The position numbers and the translations under genes are program-made. Below, piece after piece: positions 58,185 through 64,000 of a stretch of DNA of 64,000 bases (position 1 is its first letter; each line of letters begins with the position of its first letter). Source of the DNA: Candidatus Thorarchaeota archaeon (GTDB lineage: Archaea; Asgardarchaeota; Thorarchaeia; Thorarchaeales; Thorarchaeaceae); contig JAGXKG010000001.1 of assembly GCA_018335335.1 (NCBI GenBank), forward strand, positions 253,600 to 317,599, written 5' to 3'. The notes under the pieces are model-generated. The model ran no database searches. It had not been told where the DNA came from and saw nothing but the letters and a program-made list of their open reading frames with translations.

Positions 58185-58646
58185 ATGGCAAGAATGCATA
58201 CAAGGCGAAAAGGCCAATCTGGGAGTAAGCGCCCCTCTACTCTGCGCATTCCTGAATGGCTAGATGAAGAGAAGAACGCAGAATGGGTCGAAGACAAAAT
58301 TATCGAATTGGCTAAAGCTGGTAACTCTCCCTCTATGATTGGAGTGATTCTCAGAGATCAGTACGGAATCCCATTGGTGAAGGTTATAACCGGGAAGAAG
58401 ATTACCGAGATATTAGAACAGCACGATTTAACGCATGATGTTCCTGAGGATCTTTGGAATCTAATTGCGAAAGCAGCGTCAATTCACAGGCATCTTGAAG
58501 ATAATAAACGTGACAATGTAGCGAAACGCAATTTACAACTCACAGAAAGCAAGATTCATCGCCTCACAAAATACTACAAGAAGAAACGCGTTTTGCCTTC
58601 GGATTGGAAGTATTCTCCTGAAAAGGCAGCAGTTCTATTGCGCTAG
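58185..58646 (+). CDS. rps15: 30S ribosomal protein S15 (uS15)
   Basis: Start set at MARMHTRRKGQSGSKRP (typical archaeal S15 N-terminus). Confidence 0.9.
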   Translation: MARMHTRRKGQSGSKRPSTLRIPEWLDEEKNAEWVEDKIIELAKAGNSPSMIGVILRDQYGIPLVKVITGKKITEILEQHDLTHDVPEDLWNLIAKAASIHRHLEDNKRDNVAKRNLQLTESKIHRLTKYYKKKRVLPSDWKYSPEKAAVLLR

Positions 58647-58680
58647 CCTTATCACGACACATACAGTTAATTTATCTCAA

Positions 58681-60006
58681 ATGATTGACCAATCTGATGA
58701 TGCTTTCAGCGTAGAGCAATTAGACAGTTTGTGGGCGGACTTAGAGCTTAGTGGTAATGAAAAAACCCTCATCATTACTTCCCCTCGACCCGAGTCCCTC
58801 TTCGCAGCCTCTCTAATCTGCAGAGCTTACTTGACGAATCATACTCCCTTCACATTGACCTATGCTGATCCGGTTTCAGAGATTGATTGGATTGAAAACA
58901 TATCCCAGGCACAAGGTTCCCCTCTTACGATTGCGGTGGGAATGGAAATCCATGGCCCAGTAGAGGATTCTCCAAATCGATGTATTTTCTTGGGCTGTGA
59001 CTTGCCATCAGAGTCTTCAAAGCGATTTTTGGGCTCTCTTGCTTCACTCTCAAACATCTCTTTTGCTTTTGCCGACAGGATTGTTTCGCTTGACCGTTGG
59101 CATAGGCATCTTGCTGCTTCTGTAGTGTTAGCACAGAAATGGAGGAATTTTACCCCTTCTCCTGAAAGCGAAAACATCATTCATAGAGCGCTAGAAACAG
59201 GCATACTGGAACAAAGAAGAGGATTGCGGCTTTTTGGCATCAATCATCTCTCCACAAAAGATGTCCTATTTCATAGCATATATCCGTATTTAAAGGGATT
59301 AAGCGGTGTTGAGGATGCATGTGAAAAGCTAGTTAAGGATGCAAACGTCCCGCTTTCAAAACGAACTCTGCCTATGATGTCTCTTTCTAATGATGAGAAA
59401 GAGAGGATAAGCCAGATTGTTATTCATGATTCATCAAATGCTGCCATCGACACCATGTTTGGTGAAGACTATGTTTTTCTACATGAAAGCAAAGAAACAC
59501 CTGCCCGGTTCTTTTCTTCAATGCTTCCACTTTTGAGAACCTGCTGGAAACTTCTTGAGTTAGGAACTGCTGCTTCAGTTTGTATCGGTGACCGTTCACG
59601 TCTACTCCATTCTCTTATCAAATCCCATATTGAACATTGCAAAGGTACAACTAGTGGTTTTCACACACTAACAAAGCGTGCTGACGAAGGAAACTTCCAA
59701 ACTTCAGATAACTCTGTAATCATTTCGGATTTGGGGGTAAAACCGAGCGTCTTACCCGATGTTGGACGTATTGCCTTCGATACTGGTTTATTTGAACCAC
59801 AGCGTCTTCTGTTGCTAGAGTCCAATCATCATACGGAGGTAGTATGGAATAGTGGAACCCATACAATTAACGAGATTCTCACGACATTAGAAAACGGAGA
59901 ATCACGGATCAAGTCTACATCTCCATATTCCCTTCGTTTATTCGATGGAGGGAAGTCCTCGGAAATAGCTGAGATGATACATGATGGAATTAAAAATACG
60001 TCTTGA
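58681..60006 (+). CDS. Hypothetical protein; possibly a degenerate RecJ/Cdc45 (DHH-family) homolog, by context
   Basis: 441 aa immediately downstream of rps15, the conserved position of archaeal recJ/cdc45-like genes; no intact DHH motif found. Confidence 0.3.
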   Translation: MIDQSDDAFSVEQLDSLWADLELSGNEKTLIITSPRPESLFAASLICRAYLTNHTPFTLTYADPVSEIDWIENISQAQGSPLTIAVGMEIHGPVEDSPNRCIFLGCDLPSESSKRFLGSLASLSNISFAFADRIVSLDRWHRHLAASVVLAQKWRNFTPSPESENIIHRALETGILEQRRGLRLFGINHLSTKDVLFHSIYPYLKGLSGVEDACEKLVKDANVPLSKRTLPMMSLSNDEKERISQIVIHDSSNAAIDTMFGEDYVFLHESKETPARFFSSMLPLLRTCWKLLELGTAASVCIGDRSRLLHSLIKSHIEHCKGTTSGFHTLTKRADEGNFQTSDNSVIISDLGVKPSVLPDVGRIAFDTGLFEPQRLLLLESNHHTEVVWNSGTHTINEILTTLENGESRIKSTSPYSLRLFDGGKSSEIAEMIHDGIKNTS

Positions 60007-60235
60007 GTTTACTAGTCCGGATGCTGCTGAGCGGATTCTCGATGCTGTTAGTCCAGATAACGAGCCGCTCCCCCCAGGTCTAATTATCGACTCGAGACAG
60101 GTGGACGATTCTCTACAATTCTGGATTGATTGTACGCGGAGTATTGACAGTTTACGACATACCTTTGAAGACTTGATGGGTGCTGTAGACCTCTCCTTGA
60201 GAACAACAGAACAATTGAATTCACGAAACCCATAG
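59981..60235 (+). CDS. Pcc1-like KEOPS subunit candidate
   Basis: 84 aa; LKIRLEFTSPDAAERILDAVSPD matches Pcc1 beta-alpha pattern; near kae1/bud32. Confidence 0.4.
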   Translation: MMELKIRLEFTSPDAAERILDAVSPDNEPLPPGLIIDSRQVDDSLQFWIDCTRSIDSLRHTFEDLMGAVDLSLRTTEQLNSRNP

Positions 60236-60239
60236 CATT

Positions 60240-61715
60240 TTACTCTTTCTTCTTGTTTTTCTTCTTCATACCTTCGTATATTGCCTTGGCTTTTCTCTCT
60301 ACTGTATCCGCCATTCTCTCCGTAATGAAACCTCTTTCAACAGCTCGCTTGAGGAGATGTTGATCAATTATCCTCGCTTCCTCATTAATCGGGTTTACAA
60401 TATCAATTTCTAAATCTATGTAGCGAACACGACTTGGGTTGTCGCTATTACTTGGATATACTTCTATGGCCGTATTTAGATTCACATAGGCCCCCTTCAG
60501 TCTTCCATCACGTGAATAGTACTTAGTAATTAACGTCTGTGCTCCAGGTACTACCTTGGTGACAGCGTAGTCCCCTTCCGTACAAGAGACATCCACATCT
60601 TCCGAACGCTTCCGATTCAGCTTAAGTTTCCGATTTGTATATCTGAACTTGCGGCGTATTGTTAGACTGCCTGTATTGACCTCTGTTACTAGCCCACGGG
60701 ATAGAACAATATTCCGTCCGTCGAGTTTAACGTGTTCGATGTTAATGGGGTCATTCACCCTAGGCATATCTCGCGATACTACTCTTTCCAGCTTGGATGT
60801 CATGTATTCCCTTTCTTCAGGTCTTTCTTCAATAATCAATTCCGCGAAGTCTACTAGGGGGCTGTAGTTGGCACTTTTGTAGAAATGATGGTGTTTCATA
60901 GTTGATCTAATCTTACCGCGTGTCTCATCAAGGGCCTTTTTCACTTCGGCGGGGAATTCTATGTCCGCATTACTTGTCCCTTCAAACAAACGCCCGGGAT
61001 CATTTATCTTTTCAAAATCGGCGTATATCTTCTGTGACACATCCAGAAGATCGTCAACACCGTCTCTAAGCTCTTTCTCTGTTAGTTTTGCCGCCGCTGT
61101 CCTCCAAAGGATACCCCAGCCTTCTGTATGCTGTCGAAGCTTCTTGCCAAGGGCTGTCAAATATTGGCGTTTACTCTCATCTTTGATTTTGGTGCTGATT
61201 CTTACAACCGGCTCAGGAAGTAGCACGGCGACTTTTCCAGGTATTGTGATGTTAGTACTCAGCACAGGGGATTTTCTACCATAATCGTGAGCTCGAACTT
61301 GGACCATTCTGTAGGAATCTGGTTTTGCCCCCTTTTCTGGCAAAAGTCCATATATTTTACCCAGATCTACTTTCATTTGTCCAGTTCGCTTGTCTTTTCC
61401 TATGACCTTGCCTTTGTATATCGAACTCTTGGCAACCCTCGGTGTACGCGTGATTATCCAACCAAGTCTCCTGCGAAGTATCTCTGCAAGTTTGCTTAGC
61501 AGAGACTCGTATGCTATCGCGACAATTCCTTGTAAATCACTTCTATCCCAAATATCGATATCGGGAATTGCATCTCTAAAAGGTAATCCAAAACGCCGGG
61601 CTACATCAGGAGATGGCTGCACTATTTCAAAGTGATTTTGCAGAAGGATTTGAGCCAGTGACTGCGAGTATATACCTCTGATTCTGACTTTGATATTAGA
61701 TGCCTCTGATTCCAT
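60240..61715 (-). CDS. FAU-1/RNase E-G-like ribonuclease (DUF402 family)
   Basis: Start trimmed to internal Met (MESEASNIKVRIRGIYSQSLAQILL, archaeal FAU-1 N-terminal signature); Lys-rich C-terminus. Confidence 0.6.
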   Translation of the reverse strand: MESEASNIKVRIRGIYSQSLAQILLQNHFEIVQPSPDVARRFGLPFRDAIPDIDIWDRSDLQGIVAIAYESLLSKLAEILRRRLGWIITRTPRVAKSSIYKGKVIGKDKRTGQMKVDLGKIYGLLPEKGAKPDSYRMVQVRAHDYGRKSPVLSTNITIPGKVAVLLPEPVVRISTKIKDESKRQYLTALGKKLRQHTEGWGILWRTAAAKLTEKELRDGVDDLLDVSQKIYADFEKINDPGRLFEGTSNADIEFPAEVKKALDETRGKIRSTMKHHHFYKSANYSPLVDFAELIIEERPEEREYMTSKLERVVSRDMPRVNDPINIEHVKLDGRNIVLSRGLVTEVNTGSLTIRRKFRYTNRKLKLNRKRSEDVDVSCTEGDYAVTKVVPGAQTLITKYYSRDGRLKGAYVNLNTAIEVYPSNSDNPSRVRYIDLEIDIVNPINEEARIIDQHLLKRAVERGFITERMADTVERKAKAIYEGMKKKNKKKE

Positions 61716-61801
61716 ATTGTAACACTTACCTGACGAGGCGCCGGCGGCACTATGACGTTGCAGATACCCTGCAACACAGATTACTGTGGATTCTAGTAGG
61801 A

Positions 61802-62140
61802 TTAGTCTCGAATCGGTTCGAGCAGACTTGAGACATGCCATATTTTGGTGCGGGCATGGTTAGGACAATTAGGATCTTGACTCGGCTCATCGAGAACTGA
61901 GATTGCATTCTGTGCCTTTGCGGCAGGAGAATCCGTCTCGTCTTCAAGTATAGCAATAGCTTCGTTGGCTGCACGTCTTATATTTCGTGGAACCGAGGAA
62001 TCTTCTGATATCTGCTTAAGTAGGTGAATAGACTGATCAATGCTTTTCTCTGTTTCGGGGTCCAATGGACTCACCTCTGAAATTATCATGGCGCACGTAC
62101 CGAGTGCGAACAACAAAATCATGTGACTGGCCGTCAGCAT
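61802..62140 (-). CDS. UPF0147-family conserved archaeal protein
   Basis: SSVPRNIRRAANEAIAIL...NMP-like NCPNHARTKIWHVSSLLE pattern typical of UPF0147. Confidence 0.5.
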   Translation of the reverse strand: MLTASHMILLFALGTCAMIISEVSPLDPETEKSIDQSIHLLKQISEDSSVPRNIRRAANEAIAILEDETDSPAAKAQNAISVLDEPSQDPNCPNHARTKIWHVSSLLEPIRD

Positions 62141-62194
62141 ATCAACATTTCTGTATGAATACTCTGTTGCTGAAGTATAGAACTACTATGGGGA

Positions 62195-62611
62195 TTGCCT
62201 TATATTCAAAGCAAACCAATCCCTTGTTGTGAAATGATGTCAAATCGAGATGGACCCGCTGTTCGAAAGATGGCTGAATTGCTACGGAAGGGTGCAAGCA
62301 TGCTTGCAGAACCATGTCCTAATTGTGGTTCACCTTTACTGAAAATGGGTGATAAAATCTACTGTGCTAGCTGTGAACAACAAATCGCTGAACAAAGCAG
62401 TGAACAGCCTACTGTATCTCAATCTGTTGATTCCTCTGATTCACCTAATATTCTCGTCAACTTGCATAACGTTCTTGTTGGAAAATTGAAGCTTATTGGA
62501 GAAAGTATCGAAGAACATCAGACGGTTGAATCATTGACCCAACTGGTTACTCTTCTTCTTCGCGTCTTGGAAGCCTTGGAAATAATTGAAACGGCTATGC
62601 AAAGGAGATAG
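62195..62611 (+). CDS. Zn-ribbon protein (UPF0148/Sjogren autoantigen-1-like)
   Basis: 138 aa; MAELLRKGASMLAEPCPNCGSPLL...YCASC zinc ribbon. Confidence 0.45.
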   Translation: MPYIQSKPIPCCEMMSNRDGPAVRKMAELLRKGASMLAEPCPNCGSPLLKMGDKIYCASCEQQIAEQSSEQPTVSQSVDSSDSPNILVNLHNVLVGKLKLIGESIEEHQTVESLTQLVTLLLRVLEALEIIETAMQRR

Positions 62612-62657
62612 ATTTTTCCCCTTCAGGATAATTTTCCTGTTATCCAATACAGTTTGC

Positions 62658-63296
62658 CTATTCCTCTTTCCTACGAAGTCTTTCTCGTCTCTCTTTGACT
62701 TCCTTGGGGCCTTTGAGTACCTTACTCTTGCGAATATTGCATTGCCTGATCGGTATTATTGTCTTGACCGCCCCGTAAACCTCGGATGCCAATTCGCCCA
62801 TTACGATTAGTTGTACAAGCTCTTCGAAAGTATGCTCCTTGGCGTGGCTTCGGATTATTCGTTCAATTGTCTTCCGCATTGCATGTTTGTGACTACTCTT
62901 TGCCCGGGTCATTGTGAATACAATTACTGATATCCGCATCAAATAATCGTCTTTTGTAAGAATTGGCCCAATCCAATCGATTCTTGATGTTCCCCTCTTA
63001 ACCAGTCCCCTGAGATAATCCGAACTCCATTTATGCCCACGAAACGTCGTACGGGCCTGTTTTCCCTTCACTTCGAAAACTTTGAATCGGAGCTTGACAT
63101 GAATCTGATCGAAATCCCCTGTTAAGTCATAAAGAGTCGGAGTAACGGTGCGACCTATTACTAAATCGGGATTGCTTGCCGGTGTACTTCCGACGCTCTT
63201 GTTGTCGAAATAATCTGGCGCAATGAGCTCATACCAGTCCTTTTGCCGCCACTTGTCCCTTGTTCTTCCGGCTGACTTTTTACCCTTGGATGACAT
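62658..63296 (-). CDS. rps3ae: 30S ribosomal protein S3Ae (eS1)
   Basis: 212 aa; KDWYELIAPDYF...VIGRTV hallmark of S3Ae. Confidence 0.9.
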   Translation of the reverse strand: MSSKGKKSAGRTRDKWRQKDWYELIAPDYFDNKSVGSTPASNPDLVIGRTVTPTLYDLTGDFDQIHVKLRFKVFEVKGKQARTTFRGHKWSSDYLRGLVKRGTSRIDWIGPILTKDDYLMRISVIVFTMTRAKSSHKHAMRKTIERIIRSHAKEHTFEELVQLIVMGELASEVYGAVKTIIPIRQCNIRKSKVLKGPKEVKERRERLRRKEE

Positions 63297-63552
63297 CTTG
63301 ATATCGCACCCTCTGTTATAGGATGTTTGAGTGCTCGGAGAATCTCATTCTAATGTATTGATTCTCAACTAACAATCTAGCGGACATTCTGTGGTCCTCA
63401 TAAAAACGTTATGACATGTCCTTCTTGTGGAGTTTCGAGCTTCTTCCCAAGAGTCTATTGGCTCACTATTCCTCGATATGGTGCTGCGAGGTAGTTTTGA
63501 TATGGTCCCCTCTTTCAAAACGGTTATATTTTGTCCAAATTATCTGCAGTCA

Positions 63553-63640
63553 GCGGAGGTTACCAAGCCAGGCCAAAGGTGCGGGACTTAGGATCCCGTC
63601 TCGTAGGAGTCCGCGAGTTCAAATCTCGCCCTCCGCACCA
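63553..63640 (+). tRNA. tRNA-Leu (anticodon UAG), class II, no intron, CCA encoded
   Basis: Acceptor GCGGAGG/CCUCCGC, D-arm GUUACCAAGCCAGGCCAAAGGUG, anticodon loop CUUAGGA, long variable arm UCUCGUAGGAGUC, T-arm GCGAG-UUCAAAU-CUCGC. Confidence 0.85.
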
Positions 63641-64000
63641 CTTTTCATCATCCAGTATAAGCTGCTATTCTCTAGAAAGAGTCATAGAGACGAAATGATA
63701 CCTTTCAGCCATCTGGGGCATCTTGTGCTTGAGTGTCCTTCACCCAAGTTACCAAGATAATTGGATAATAACATAATCAAGATGCCGCTTTTTGAGAAAG
63801 CAATTAGTGAAGGAATTATTGATTATGCCTACAAATTCTGCACAGCAGCATTCTCAGGTACGGAGGTTGCTGAATATTTGGGGGGTCCATTGAAGGCCCC
63901 ACTCAAAGGACATAGCAATTTGTTGTCCTTTTTTTGAAGATGGTTATTCGATACTATCATTCTGATTAGCAATAATGTCCAAATCTCCAACTATCATGGC

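Noticed and set aside
63416-63760. 114-aa + strand ORF
   Set aside because: Completely overlaps tRNA-Leu(UAG) and its promoter; spurious
1-64000. CRISPR arrays, rRNA genes, transposases/integrases
   Set aside because: No regularly spaced direct repeats, no rRNA-like conserved stretches and no recognisable transposase/integrase ORF detected by eye

Overview
Archaeal chromosomal segment, low GC, with Shine-Dalgarno-like GGAGG leaders. I read about 60 protein genes, 4 tRNAs and no rRNA or CRISPR. Core informational genes: orc1/cdc6, RFC large and small subunits, a GINS-like ORF, MCM, TFB, nurA-herA, KEOPS (Kae1, Bud32, Pcc1-like), Sm, ribosomal proteins S10, S15 and S3Ae, FAU-1, TruA, Trm-G10, GPN GTPase. 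Metabolic genes: ADP-forming acetyl-CoA synthetase alpha, iorAB, an orphan korA, hypF, glmS, pyrG, isopentenyl phosphate kinase, and a eukaryote-like saccharopine pathway (LKR and SDH) as two abutting genes. Three of the four tRNAs (Glu-CUC, Pro-GGG, a Gly-CCC candidate) carry insertions at non-canonical positions. Two near-consensus ORB elements lie 4.2 kb apart; one precedes an AT-rich stretch, the other sits in a 519-bp intergenic region with an iteron-like TTCACA array. Most unusual is 17.7-26.0 kb: a 1242-aa membrane-anchored HerA/VirB4-like ATPase, a 666-aa N-glycosylated surface protein, an intron-bearing tRNA-Glu, a Flp-pilin-like ORF and a FlaI/VirB11/TadA-type ATPase, a candidate undescribed DNA-transfer or surface-filament system. 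A Roadblock/unknown/small-GTPase operon (46.7-49.2 kb) is a second candidate. Gene content suggests a TACK/Asgard-like archaeon, but lineage cannot be asserted from sequence alone.
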